Assembly: GCA_963789065.1 (NCBI GenBank)
Contig: CAWBKA010000025.1
Coordinates: forward strand, 89,574 to 153,573
Length of the DNA stretch: 64,000 bases
Direction: 5' to 3'
DNA from: an uncultured Verrucomicrobiae bacterium
Lineage (GTDB): Bacteria; Verrucomicrobiota; Verrucomicrobiia; Chthoniobacterales; JAFAMB01
Part shown: positions 9,623 through 19,297 of the stretch, piece after piece
Layout: every line of letters begins with the position of its first letter
How positions within the stretch are numbered: position 1 is the first letter of the stretch
Notes under the pieces: model-generated
What the model was told of the DNA's origin: nothing
The model's input: only the letters and a program-made list of their open reading frames with translations
Database searches by the model: none
Program-made: the position numbers and the translations under genes

Positions 9623-10894
9623 TCAGTACCCAATATCTCCGATCCAACGCTCCACTTTGGAGCCTTCGACGGGTCCGACAATACCAAGGCCCATCCGTTG
9701 AGGAGCGAAACAGAGATTCGCTACTTCCTGGATTTGCTCGGCGGTAACCTCTTTAAACCTGGCCTGCACTTCGTCCGGATCGACCACCTTGTCGTAGGCA
9801 AGCAAGGACTCGCCCATCCACATGATCTGATTGGTCGTGCTCTCGAGTCCAAGCTCATTCTGGCCAATCGTGTAGGCCTGGGCTTGCCGAAGCTCTTTCT
9901 TGCTCGGCGGCTTGCTCCGGAGCTTATCCAATTCTCGATGGATCGCGCGCAAAGCGCTCCGAAGCTTCTCGGGCTCGAGCCCGACACAGATGCTGACGAG
10001 ACCCGAATCCTCGAGGACCAAGGTTCCGCTGTGGACCGAGTAACAATAGGCGTAACGCTCTCTGAGCTGCTGGAACAGTCGGGAACTCATGTTTTCGCCG
10101 AGGATCACGCTCAACAGCTTCATCGCGTGTCGACGATTGTCTGTCCGGCTCATCGCGTGATAGCCCAATGCCAGATGAGTTTGTTCCGTTTCGTCCTTGG
10201 CAACGAGAACACGCTGATCACGCTTCACTTCGTTCCACCGTTGGAAAACAGGTGGCTGGCCGCGCGGTAACTTTTTTAACTTGCTGCGAAAGTAACGGAG
10301 AACTTCCTCATGGGAACAACGGCCGGAAACAGTGACAACAGTGCTGAGCCCGTTGTAATTCTCTCCAATAAACTTCAGTAGATGCTCTCGCTGAATCTTG
10401 CAAATCGACTCGACTGATCCGGTCAAAGGTCGGCCCAGGGCATGCCGGGGCCACATTGCTTCGGTGAGCAGTTCCTGTGAAAACTGGCCAGGCTGATCCT
10501 TATACATCAGGATCTCCTCCCGGATCACGTCCCGCTCACGCTCGATTTCCTGCTCCGCGAAAGTCGAGTTGACGTACATGTCAGAGAGCACGTTCGCCAA
10601 GGTGGGCAGATGCTCGGAGGCCGCTTTCGCGTAGATACAAGTATGATCTTCCGTCGTAAATGCGTTGATGAAACCTCCGAGACCTTCCACTTCCTCGGTA
10701 ATATCCCTGGACGATCGTTTTCCCGTGCCTTTGAAAAGTAGATGCTCCAGAAAGTGAGATATCCCACACAACTCCTCCGGTTCATGCCGGCCGCCGACCG
10801 CAACCCATATGCCGACACTGACACTCTTCATCTCTGGCATCTCGCGCGTGGCGATCCTGACTCCGTTCTCCAAAATCGATGTACGGTACTGCAT
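9623..10894 (-). CDS. M16 family (pitrilysin/insulinase-like) zinc peptidase
   Basis: HxxEH zinc motif in the context GISHFLEHLLFKGT, plus the downstream M16 C-terminal domain. The start is taken at MQYRTSILENG. Confidence 0.85.
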   Translation of the reverse strand: MQYRTSILENGVRIATREMPEMKSVSVGIWVAVGGRHEPEELCGISHFLEHLLFKGTGKRSSRDITEEVEGLGGFINAFTTEDHTCIYAKAASEHLPTLANVLSDMYVNSTFAEQEIERERDVIREEILMYKDQPGQFSQELLTEAMWPRHALGRPLTGSVESICKIQREHLLKFIGENYNGLSTVVTVSGRCSHEEVLRYFRSKLKKLPRGQPPVFQRWNEVKRDQRVLVAKDETEQTHLALGYHAMSRTDNRRHAMKLLSVILGENMSSRLFQQLRERYAYCYSVHSGTLVLEDSGLVSICVGLEPEKLRSALRAIHRELDKLRSKPPSKKELRQAQAYTIGQNELGLESTTNQIMWMGESLLAYDKVVDPDEVQARFKEVTAEQIQEVANLCFAPQRMGLGIVGPVEGSKVERWIGDIGY

Positions 10895-10951
10895 GCTACG
10901 CTCAGGCCATGTCGACAAAAATCGGGTCAGCACGTCCACCCGGCCCAATAA

Positions 10952-11638
10952 TTATAATTTAACTTCTCTTAAATTAATCATTTTTTCCGCTAAATCCAGA
11001 TCTGTTGGAAAGGTGATTTTCATATTCCAATCGAGATTCTGCAACAAACGAACGGGGTAACCGGCCTCGTGCAGTGCTGAGACCTCATCGGTGACAGAGC
11101 GGCCTGAGTCAACAATTCGTTTATAGGCGTCGACCAGCCAGTCGAAGCGAAAGACCTGCGGAGTTTGCATTCCCCAAAGCCCCGTACGATCAACACTTTC
11201 CGTCACGCTTTGGTTCGGATCGGCTCGTTTTAAGGTCTCCACGATCGGAGCGGCGAGCGAGACCGCCCCGCATTCCCTGGCCAGCTTAAAGGCTCGGCCG
11301 ACGAGGTCCGGAGAAACGAGCGGCCTCGCGGCATCGTGAACCGCGACGATTTCGCAAGCTTTCGAGAGCTGAGAAATGCCATTCCAGACAGAGAGGTGGC
11401 GTTCAGGTCCGCCATCAACCAAACGATTGACCTTGGTAAGCCCGAAGGAGTTTACAACCTGTTCAAACTCGGAGCGCCGATCCGAGCTGACGACGAGAAT
11501 CACTTCGTCGACGATCTCACACTGTTGAAACGGGTCGATCGAGCGAACCACTACCGGCTTGTCGCCAAGCAGGCTCAGCAATTTATCAAAGCCCATCCGC
11601 TGACTCCTGCCGGCGGCGACGATTATGGCGGAATTCAT
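10952..11638 (-). CDS. ispD: 2-C-methyl-D-erythritol 4-phosphate cytidylyltransferase
   Basis: N-terminus MNSAIIVAAGRSQRMGFDKLL, with length and motifs typical of IspD. The start is taken at the internal Met. Confidence 0.9.
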   Translation of the reverse strand: MNSAIIVAAGRSQRMGFDKLLSLLGDKPVVVRSIDPFQQCEIVDEVILVVSSDRRSEFEQVVNSFGLTKVNRLVDGGPERHLSVWNGISQLSKACEIVAVHDAARPLVSPDLVGRAFKLARECGAVSLAAPIVETLKRADPNQSVTESVDRTGLWGMQTPQVFRFDWLVDAYKRIVDSGRSVTDEVSALHEAGYPVRLLQNLDWNMKITFPTDLDLAEKMINLREVKL

Positions 11639-11681
11639 AGGGAAAAGTGCCCGTGCTCGGAGACCGGACACCGGTGTCCGG

Positions 11682-12134
11682 TCAGGGCAACGCTTTCTGG
11701 ACTGCCTGGCTGAGGGTCCTTCCGTCCACTCTCCCGGCGGCCTTTTCGGTGGCGACCTTCATCACGGCACCCATCTGCGCTTTCGAAGTCGCGCCGACCT
11801 CCGCGATAGCCGCGTGTACGAGCTGTTCAAGTTCATCCTGTGCGAGGGGTTTTGGCAGATATTCCGTCAGAAACCGAATTTCCTCGCGTTCTTTCGCAGC
11901 AAGTTCCGGCCGTCCACCTTTCTCAAACCCTTCAACGGAATCATGGCGTTGTTTGACCTGCTTTCTGATGACGGCGAGAGCGTCAGGATCGGACAATTTA
12001 CCTCCCGCTCCATGCTTTTCGATCACCGCATTCATAATCGCTGACTTTACCATTCGTAAAACCGACAATTTTTCTACTTCCTTGGATCGCATGGCCTCTC
12101 TCAGGTCAGCATCGATCTTTTCCTGGATGGTCAT
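11682..12134 (-). CDS. GatB/YqeY domain-containing protein
   Basis: 150 aa beginning MTIQEKIDADLREAMRSKEVEKLSVLRMVKSAI, the typical YqeY family start. Confidence 0.85.
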   Translation of the reverse strand: MTIQEKIDADLREAMRSKEVEKLSVLRMVKSAIMNAVIEKHGAGGKLSDPDALAVIRKQVKQRHDSVEGFEKGGRPELAAKEREEIRFLTEYLPKPLAQDELEQLVHAAIAEVGATSKAQMGAVMKVATEKAAGRVDGRTLSQAVQKALP

Positions 12135-12459
12135 GAACCGAGTTTAGCCCCGAAAATCTCACAAGCCAAAACTCTCCTGAAATTTTCACGCGTCAGTCGG
12201 CAAAAATCATGCCTGGCGGCGGTATCACACGAACGGTGCGCTGCGAAAAGTAGCATCAGCATCCTGCTTGTCTTTGTCTCGTGGTCAGGCGAATTCGCAG
12301 GGAGCGAACGGACCCTCAAGAGACAGGCTGGAAGCCTACGCTACTCTGCCAGGCAGCGGTTCTTTTGCGGCGTGGCCGGAAATTTCTACAGGCTGCGCGG
12401 TTCAGCACTCCGATTTCTCTGGAAATAAGGAGGGTGGCGGTCGAAAATCCGGGTGATTT

Positions 12460-13389
12460 ATGCGTCCAGTTGTTTTTCTCGTGCCGGTGTTTCTGGTACT
12501 TAGTCTACTTGTCGAGGCCCATGGAGCCGTCGAATTGCCCTTCCCGACAGTTTTCAAGGGTGAACCTCAATTTAACCGGTTGGTGCAAACGGCTCAAAGC
12601 GCAAACTGGCGCTCGCTGCCGTTGGGAGAACGAACCGTCGCCGTCGGCAGAGCTCTTCTGGGAACTCCCTACGCGAGTTTCACTTTGGAAATCGATAATC
12701 ACACCGAGTCTCCGTCCGTGAATTTAAACGGGGTCGATTGCTGGACCTTTTTTGAGCTCTCGCTTGGTTTCGCCCGAATGCTCGAACTCAAGACAGGGAA
12801 TTATACGCCTCAAGATTTTCTGGCGATGATTGAGCTCGACCGTTATCGGGGTGGTCAGTGTAACGGGAGGTACACCTCTCGACTCCATTTCCTTGAGGAT
12901 TGGATTTATGACAACGAACGCCGGGGTTTGGTGCAGAATATGACCCGGTCACTCGGAGGGGTACCAATGCAGGGACGGTATCTCAACGAGATGAGCAAGT
13001 ACTGGCGAAGCTCACGATACCTGCGGAACAATCCGGAGCTGGTACCGGAAATGCGGCAGATCGAAAACAAGATCTCGAGTCGGACGATTTACCATATCCC
13101 CAAGAGACAGGTTCCGGGAATCGAATCCAGAATTCAGAATGGCGACGTGATCTGTATCAGTGGGACGGGGCCGGAAGGCTTCACCGAGCATGTCGGGTTG
13201 GCTTATCGTGATCGTCAAGGTGTGCTACATTTTATGCACGCTTCGAAGGATGAGCACAGGGTAATCATCGACGTTCCGCTTCATAGTTATCTTTATCGAT
13301 ACAGCAAATTCGCAGGAATCATGGTCGTCCGACCGCGTGATGTTTCACATTCTGCGATGGCAGCATTGGTTGAGAACGTCAGCCAGTGA
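12460..13389 (+). CDS. secreted DUF1460-like (amidase-like) protein
   Basis: Signal peptide, then GTPYASFTLEIDN, VDCWTFFE and RLHFLEDWIYDNERRG, which I recall as DUF1460. The function is not established. Confidence 0.6.
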   Translation: MRPVVFLVPVFLVLSLLVEAHGAVELPFPTVFKGEPQFNRLVQTAQSANWRSLPLGERTVAVGRALLGTPYASFTLEIDNHTESPSVNLNGVDCWTFFELSLGFARMLELKTGNYTPQDFLAMIELDRYRGGQCNGRYTSRLHFLEDWIYDNERRGLVQNMTRSLGGVPMQGRYLNEMSKYWRSSRYLRNNPELVPEMRQIENKISSRTIYHIPKRQVPGIESRIQNGDVICISGTGPEGFTEHVGLAYRDRQGVLHFMHASKDEHRVIIDVPLHSYLYRYSKFAGIMVVRPRDVSHSAMAALVENVSQ

Positions 13390-13529
13390 TAGAATAAACC
13401 CAGCCGTTTGATTTCGTCGATTGCGGTTTTCTCAGCCCGCACGCGGCATAATCTTTCCCGGCTGAGCACCAGACCTCGAAAGGCTTAAATTAAGTTGGTG
13501 AAGAAGTTTCCTTGTTGCTTTATGTTCAA

Positions 13530-14108
13530 ATGAGTATGGCTGCAACACCTTCGACGATGGCAGAACTGGGCCGCGAAGCGCCGGAATTCGCGCTTCCCGA
13601 CGTTTCAACCGGGCAAGCGGTAACCTTAGCGGATTTTAAGGGGCGCAGGGCGTTGCTGATAATGTTCATCTGCAAGCACTGTCCGTATGTGCTTCACGCG
13701 AAGCCCGCACTGATTCAGTTGGCGAAAGATTACGCTGACCAACCGCTCGGAATCGTTTCGATAAGTTCAAACGATGCTGAACACTATCCGGATGATGCGC
13801 CGGAGCGAATTGCGGAGATGGCTCGGGAATTCCCTTTTCCGCTCTTGTATGACGAGACTCAAGAAGTGGCAAAAGCTTACCGGGCGGCCTGCACTCCGGA
13901 CTTCTTTCTGTTCGATGCGCACCATCGCCTGGTGTACCGGGGTCAGCTGGACGACAGTCGACCGGGCAACAATCGGCCACTTACAGGCCGAGATTTGCGA
14001 GCGGCGATCGACGCTGTTCTCGCGGACAAGGCGGCCAATCCTGATCAACGAGCCAGCGTTGGTTGCAATATCAAGTGGAAGCCGGGGAATGAACCTGAAT
14101 ACTTCTAG
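13530..14108 (+). CDS. thioredoxin-fold thiol-disulfide oxidoreductase (redoxin family)
   Basis: CxxC motif in FICKHCPYV on a redoxin-type fold. The start codon is uncertain (13512, 13530 or 13536). Confidence 0.75.
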   Translation: MSMAATPSTMAELGREAPEFALPDVSTGQAVTLADFKGRRALLIMFICKHCPYVLHAKPALIQLAKDYADQPLGIVSISSNDAEHYPDDAPERIAEMAREFPFPLLYDETQEVAKAYRAACTPDFFLFDAHHRLVYRGQLDDSRPGNNRPLTGRDLRAAIDAVLADKAANPDQRASVGCNIKWKPGNEPEYF

Positions 14109-14155
14109 GTTTTGAGTTCGGGGTTTTGAGTTTGGGGTTTGGGTTTTGAGTTTGC
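14109..14155. repeat. degenerate heptamer array of the GTTTTGA/GTTTGGG family
   Basis: It starts on the nucleotide after the TAG stop at 14106-14108. It also reads as ~14-nt units (ggttttgagttcgg / ggttttgagtttgg). No inverted partner lies nearby. Confidence 0.8.
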
Positions 14156-14190
14156 ACAGTGATCTCTCGAGAGAGTTGAATCGGCAGGTT

Positions 14191-15261
14191 ATGGAATTGA
14201 CTCCGACAGGCAGTGAGCTTCGCGGACGCGGAGCGTCAATCAATCCTCCGAACCGGTTCGAGGCGCTTCGTTACGAAATTGAGGATTGGTGCGAGCCGGA
14301 AAGCGCACCGCGTTCGCTCCGGACAGAGTTCTTGGAGGACGACTCTCGAAGCATCATCTCGTACAACAATAGCCCCGACGTGGGGTTCGACGCGAGTCTG
14401 AATCCGTATCGTGGTTGCGAGCACGGCTGCGCTTACTGTTATGCAAGACCAACGCACGAGTACCTGGGCTTCTCTGCGGGTTTAGACTTTGAAAGTCGCA
14501 TCCTGGTCAAGAGCAAAGCCGCAGAACTGCTAGCCGCTGAGTTAGCGCATTCTTCGTGGATTCCTCAAAATCTCGCTCTGAGCGGCGTAACTGACGCTTA
14601 CCAGCCGATTGAGCGAAAGCTCCAGATCACCCGGTCGTGTTTGAGGGTATTGACGGAGTTCCGAAACCCAGTCTCTGTGGTAACGAAGAATCACCTGGTG
14701 ACCCGGGACGCGGATTATCTCGCCGAGTTGGCGGGCTTCAAAGCTTCAGCGGTCTCGGTCTCGATTACGACTCTCGAGCCGAAACTCGCCCAAGTATTGG
14801 AGCCTCGGGCATCGACTCCGTCACATCGGCTCGACGCCATTGCCAGACTCCGGGCGCAAGGTATCCCGGTAGGGGTTAACATTGCGCCCATTATCCCGGG
14901 ACTCAACGATCACGAAATTCCGAAAATCGCGGAGGCGGCAGCGGCAGCCGGCGCAGAGTTTGCCGGTTACACGATCATTCGGCTCCCGCTGACAGTGGCG
15001 CCCATATTTGTCGCTTGGTTGGAGAAATATTTTCCGGAACGGAAAGACAAGATCCTTGGCCAAATCCGCTCGATCCGGAACGGGAAATTGAACACTGCGG
15101 AGTTCACGTCACGGATGCGCGGCGAAGGTCTGCTGGCGGAGCAAATCGGCCAAATGTTTCGAGTCAGCTGCCATCGCGCAAAGCTGAACCGGGGGCGTCT
15201 CGAACTTAGCGTTGCGGCGTTTCGGCGCGTGTTGCCGAATCAACTTGAGCTCGCGTTGTAG
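14191..15261 (+). CDS. radical SAM protein (PA0069-like family)
   Basis: RGASINPPNRFE near the N-terminus and the CxxxCxxC cluster CEHGCAYCYA. The start is taken at the ATG at 14191, because the TTG at 14146 lies inside the repeat array. Confidence 0.8.
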   Translation: MELTPTGSELRGRGASINPPNRFEALRYEIEDWCEPESAPRSLRTEFLEDDSRSIISYNNSPDVGFDASLNPYRGCEHGCAYCYARPTHEYLGFSAGLDFESRILVKSKAAELLAAELAHSSWIPQNLALSGVTDAYQPIERKLQITRSCLRVLTEFRNPVSVVTKNHLVTRDADYLAELAGFKASAVSVSITTLEPKLAQVLEPRASTPSHRLDAIARLRAQGIPVGVNIAPIIPGLNDHEIPKIAEAAAAAGAEFAGYTIIRLPLTVAPIFVAWLEKYFPERKDKILGQIRSIRNGKLNTAEFTSRMRGEGLLAEQIGQMFRVSCHRAKLNRGRLELSVAAFRRVLPNQLELAL

Positions 15262-15386
15262 TCGCGGCGCAAGGGCGACGCGAACGTCTCGCCGCTGAGG
15301 CCTGTCCTGGCTCTTAGCCATCGCTCGTAACGGGCTAATCGTTCCTAGCTAGCTAGAATCGTTCTCGTCCTCCAGCTCTGGGCGTT

Positions 15387-15666
15387 GCCGGTTCAAAGCG
15401 GTTGGCGCTCGAAAGAACGTTCGGCGACCAACTCAGCCGCTCCCCCGTCAAAAAAACGAGAACGAGAACGACGACGAGGACGACGACGATTTTTAGGAAC
15501 GATGGAACGAGGGCGAGGAAGGTTGCGGTGAGGGGAGACAGACCAACGAAGGCGGTGTCTCGAAAACTCGAACGCTCGTTCCTGGCAATCGTCCTCGTCC
15601 TCGTCGTCGTTCTCGTTCTTTAAGCGGCGCCGGTTAAAGAGGTTCGCGCTCAAAAGAGACCGTCGC
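15387..15666. repeat. composite palindromic element: direct repeats flanking inverted ACG/AGA-rich arrays
   Basis: 15456-15489 (acgagaacgagaacgacgacgaggacgacgacga) is the reverse complement of 15588-15620. ~40-nt direct repeats flank the pair at 15387-15428 and 15629-15666. Confidence 0.8.
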
Positions 15667-15677
15667 TAAACACAAAC

Positions 15678-15742
15678 AAACCCTGGGCTTTCTTGCCCCT
15701 TTCGGGGCGGGGCCCTTCGGGCCGTATGACCGACGCTGAACA
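15678..15742. repeat. REP-like element related to 62501-62690
   Basis: aaaccctgggctttcttgcccctttcggggcg and gcccttcgggccgtatgaccgacgctgaaca match two separated segments of the 62.5-kb repeat cluster. Confidence 0.6.
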
Positions 15743-15804
15743 GATACAGAAGCTAAGAGTTTCCGAGTTTACGATTTGCGATTCAACCCCTACTCTTCGC
15801 CAGC

Positions 15805-16674
15805 ATGAGTGACGCAACTCCCGCTATTGGTTTCATTGGAGGCAGCGGCCTTTACCAAATCGACGAATTGGAAAAAATTGAGGAACTCGTGGTTGATACA
15901 CCTTTCGGGAGGCCCTCAGACCGTCTGATCTCCGGTTATATCGATGGACGTCGGGTCTACTTTTTACCGCGGCACGCGCGCGGACACAGGCTACTCCCGA
16001 CGGAACTGAACCATCGCGCAAATATTTTTGCGCTCAGGTTATTGAACGTTCGCTGGATTCTCAGCATGGGAGCCGTCGGCAGTCTCGACCAGAAATATGC
16101 GCCGAGAGACATTGTCCTGCCATCGCAATTCTTTGATCGGACGAGCCGGCGGTCGGATTGGACGTTCTTCGGAGACGGGATTGTTGCGCACGTGAGCATT
16201 GCCGATCCGGTCAGCGCAAACCTTCGCACCATTATCGCTCAAGAAGCTGCAAAACTCGGCTATACCGTACACAACGGAGGAACTTACGTGAACATGGACG
16301 GACCCGCCTTTTCGACGCGAGCGGAATCGGAATTTCATCGAAAAATGGGCTTCGACGTTATCGGCATGACAAACCTTCCGGAGGCCAAGCTAGCAAGAGA
16401 GGCCGAGATTTCGCTTGCCTCGATGAATTTCGTAACCGATTACGACTGTTGGAAAATCGAGGACGAGCCGGTGAGCGCTCAAACTATAATTGGGCATTTA
16501 CAGGCGAATGCAGAAGCGGCTCGAAGAATTCTTCCGACGGTCATTCGAAGGATTCCTTTGGAACCAGATTGGCCGGAACATCGAGCACTCGATAGCGCCC
16601 TTGTAACTGATCGGAAGCTATGGCCGGAAGCAACGATCAAAAAACTGGAAATAATACTCAAGCGATTTTTGTAG
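15805..16674 (+). CDS. mtnP: S-methyl-5'-thioadenosine phosphorylase
   Basis: IGFIGGSGLY, FGRPSD, LPRHARGH and NHRANIFALR are typical MTAP motifs. 289 aa. Confidence 0.9.
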   Translation: MSDATPAIGFIGGSGLYQIDELEKIEELVVDTPFGRPSDRLISGYIDGRRVYFLPRHARGHRLLPTELNHRANIFALRLLNVRWILSMGAVGSLDQKYAPRDIVLPSQFFDRTSRRSDWTFFGDGIVAHVSIADPVSANLRTIIAQEAAKLGYTVHNGGTYVNMDGPAFSTRAESEFHRKMGFDVIGMTNLPEAKLAREAEISLASMNFVTDYDCWKIEDEPVSAQTIIGHLQANAEAARRILPTVIRRIPLEPDWPEHRALDSALVTDRKLWPEATIKKLEIILKRFL

Positions 16675-16678
16675 ATGT

Positions 16679-17557
16679 ATGCGTTTTGGAGCGACTGCTT
16701 TCTTTCTTATTTCTTTGAGCGGCTTGGCAGTCAATGCCCAGGACGCCAATTCCACCCAAAACCCGGCCACCGCTGGCCTAAAGCCAGCAACCTACGCCCA
16801 GGTACGCGTCGATCAGCCCTACATCGCGATGACGTTCGACGACGGACCTAGTTCGGCAAACACGCTGCGATTGCTGGAAATTTTGAAGCAGCGCAATATC
16901 AAGGCCACCTTCTTTTTGATCGGGGAGAATGTCGCCGCAAACCCGGACATTGTGCGGCAAATCCTTGCGGGGGGCCATGAAGTCGGCAACCACTCGTGGA
17001 CCCATCCCCAACTTTCCAAACTCTCGGACGATCGAGTAACGGCGGAGATCAGCAAAACTCAAGACGCGATCAAGGAAGCAAGCGGATTTACGCCGACCCT
17101 TCTTCGGCCGCCCTACGGGGCGATCACCGCACGTCAGCGAGAATGGATCGAGGGCCAGTTCGGGCTAAGTATCATCCTGTGGTCGGTCGATCCGTTCGAC
17201 TGGAAACGGCCTGGGGCATCAGTGATAACGCAGCGCATTTTGAGCCAGGTTCGTCCGGGAGCGATTATTCTTTCACACGACATACACAAACAGACGGTCG
17301 ACGCAATGCCTGCGACGTTGGATGCCTTAATCGCCAAAGGCTACAAATTCGTCACGGTGACCCAGTTGATCGCGATGAATAAGCCAAAGCCGTCCCCCAG
17401 CCCGACCGCAAATTCCGGCGACGAACAGCCGCCGGTAAAGAACCCGAAGGCGACGCCCACCGCAAAAAAAACAGAGGTGCATACTCAGCGCCCGAGCCAG
17501 GAAGGAAGTATTCAGGGGGACTCCGGCAAACCGGACCCCAGTGGAAAGGGCCAGTGA
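16679..17557 (+). CDS. secreted polysaccharide deacetylase (NodB homology domain)
   Basis: Signal peptide, then TFDDGP and GNHSWTHP metal-binding motifs. The C-terminal tail is a low-complexity Pro/Lys-rich stretch. Confidence 0.85.
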   Translation: MRFGATAFFLISLSGLAVNAQDANSTQNPATAGLKPATYAQVRVDQPYIAMTFDDGPSSANTLRLLEILKQRNIKATFFLIGENVAANPDIVRQILAGGHEVGNHSWTHPQLSKLSDDRVTAEISKTQDAIKEASGFTPTLLRPPYGAITARQREWIEGQFGLSIILWSVDPFDWKRPGASVITQRILSQVRPGAIILSHDIHKQTVDAMPATLDALIAKGYKFVTVTQLIAMNKPKPSPSPTANSGDEQPPVKNPKATPTAKKTEVHTQRPSQEGSIQGDSGKPDPSGKGQ

Positions 17558-17572
17558 GAAACCTCCCTTAAG

Positions 17573-19294
17573 ATGGTCGTTGAAAAATACCTCGAACTTC
17601 GTTCTCAACTCGGGACCGCCTTGAGGTCGTTAGCCATTCTCGCACAACAAATCGGCGCGCCCCAGGATACCCTGCGTAATTTGCAAGACCTCACCGCGAA
17701 CCTTGGCCAACCATTCCTGTTTGTCGTTGTCGGCGAGGTCAAGGCGGGCAAGTCCTCGATGCTGAACGCCCTTTTCGGTCGCGACTTTTGCAAGGTCGAT
17801 GTCCTCCCGGCCACTGACCGCATTTACGTCTTTCAGTATGGCGAGAAAGAACACGACGTCCAAGTGTCCGAGCACGTGACGGCCCGTTATCGTCCAATTG
17901 ATTTTCTGAGAGACTTCAACATTGTCGATACTCCGGGAACAAATACGATCGTCGCGAATCATCAGGAGATTACGGAAAATTTTATTCCAATGGCCGACCT
18001 GATCGTGTTTGTTTTTTCGGTAACGAATCCCTGGGGCGGTTCAGCGTGGGATTTTCTCCGTCTCATTGGGCATCAGTGGAAGAAGAACATCGTCTTCGTG
18101 GTCCAACAGTCAGATCTGAGAGATCCAAGCGAGGTCGCCGCAATTGCCAAGCATCTCGAGCAAACGATTTTGCAAATATTAGGAACAAGCTGTCCAATTT
18201 TCGCAGTGTCAGCAAAAAAGGCTCTGTTGGCGAAAACCTCACCGGAAGCGGATGGAGACAAATTATGGCGCGAAAGTAACTTCGGCCCTCTGGAAGAATG
18301 GATTACTCAAACTGTTTCCCAGAGTGAAGAACGCGGGGGAAAACTGCGTTCGGTCGCACAGACCGCACAAGTCGTAACGGGCGGGCTACGGGCGCGACTC
18401 CAAGGCTCGTTGGATATCCTGAAGTCGGATCAGGAAAAATTGACGTCGATTCGCGGCGTATTTCATTCGCGGAAGGAGCAAACTCAGCGGCAGGTGGGCG
18501 GATTTATTCGGGAGATCGAACAAGCGTACGATGCCTGTCGCGAGCGGGGCGAAAAAGTGCTGGAGGAACGACTTACTTTTGGGCAGACCGTGAAGATGAT
18601 TTTCTCGGGTGGGCGTTGGGAGAAAGATTTCCAGGACCACGTGGAAACCGAGGTAAAGAGAGAAGTCCAGAACAAGATCGAACACGCGCTAACCCTTCTT
18701 GAATCGGATCTCCGAGCGGTCTGGCAAGACCTCCAGGACAAGGTAAACGTCCATTTTGGAGCCGATCCGAAGAAGCAGGTTCGGGCCGTGATCCCGGGCT
18801 TTCTTACACAGCGTGAAGAGGTACTCCGGCGGCTTCAACTCACTTTGGTGGAACAATTGTCAGATGCGAAGATAAAGGAACAGCTGCGAAGCCTCTTCGG
18901 AGAAACGGCACGGTGGTTGCGCGTTCCGAGCAGCGTGGTCGCGGCGGGCGGCATCGCGACTGTCATCGCCGCCCTCACCCACACGGCGCTGCTTGACGTC
19001 ACCGGCACTGTTGCTGGAGTCGCCGCCTTGACCGGCACAATCTATGCCGTTTGGCGCCGAAAAAAGATCCTCCGCCAATACAGGGATCAGATGAACGAAA
19101 AACGCCAGGATCTCGCGCGAGCCGTCGAGACTCAATTGCGGCACGCCATCGATGCATTCTACCACGAAGTCGCCCTCACGTTTTCGCCCCTGGAAAGCTT
19201 CTGTGAGGCCGAAGCCACACGTCACCTGCCGTTGAGGGACCGGATCGATGCCCTGGAGCAAGAAATCGGCGCCATCAAGGCCCAGATTGGCTGA
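17573..19294 (+). CDS. dynamin-family GTPase (bacterial dynamin-like protein)
   Basis: G1 motif GEVKAGKSSMLNALFG and G3 motif DTPGTN. A long helical stalk follows, then a hydrophobic hairpin (VVAAGGIATVIAALTHTALLDVTGTVAGVAALTGTIYAVW). Confidence 0.8.
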   Translation: MVVEKYLELRSQLGTALRSLAILAQQIGAPQDTLRNLQDLTANLGQPFLFVVVGEVKAGKSSMLNALFGRDFCKVDVLPATDRIYVFQYGEKEHDVQVSEHVTARYRPIDFLRDFNIVDTPGTNTIVANHQEITENFIPMADLIVFVFSVTNPWGGSAWDFLRLIGHQWKKNIVFVVQQSDLRDPSEVAAIAKHLEQTILQILGTSCPIFAVSAKKALLAKTSPEADGDKLWRESNFGPLEEWITQTVSQSEERGGKLRSVAQTAQVVTGGLRARLQGSLDILKSDQEKLTSIRGVFHSRKEQTQRQVGGFIREIEQAYDACRERGEKVLEERLTFGQTVKMIFSGGRWEKDFQDHVETEVKREVQNKIEHALTLLESDLRAVWQDLQDKVNVHFGADPKKQVRAVIPGFLTQREEVLRRLQLTLVEQLSDAKIKEQLRSLFGETARWLRVPSSVVAAGGIATVIAALTHTALLDVTGTVAGVAALTGTIYAVWRRKKILRQYRDQMNEKRQDLARAVETQLRHAIDAFYHEVALTFSPLESFCEAEATRHLPLRDRIDALEQEIGAIKAQIG

Positions 19295-19297
19295 CCT

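Noticed and set aside
9464-10270. 268-aa plus-strand ORF
   Set aside because: It is antisense to the M16 peptidase gene and begins inside the heptamer array. It has no recognisable motifs and is a shadow ORF.
15393-15653. 86-aa and 73-aa ORFs rich in D/E or R/T runs
   Set aside because: Both strands are open only because of the inverted ACG/AGA arrays. These are repeat artefacts.
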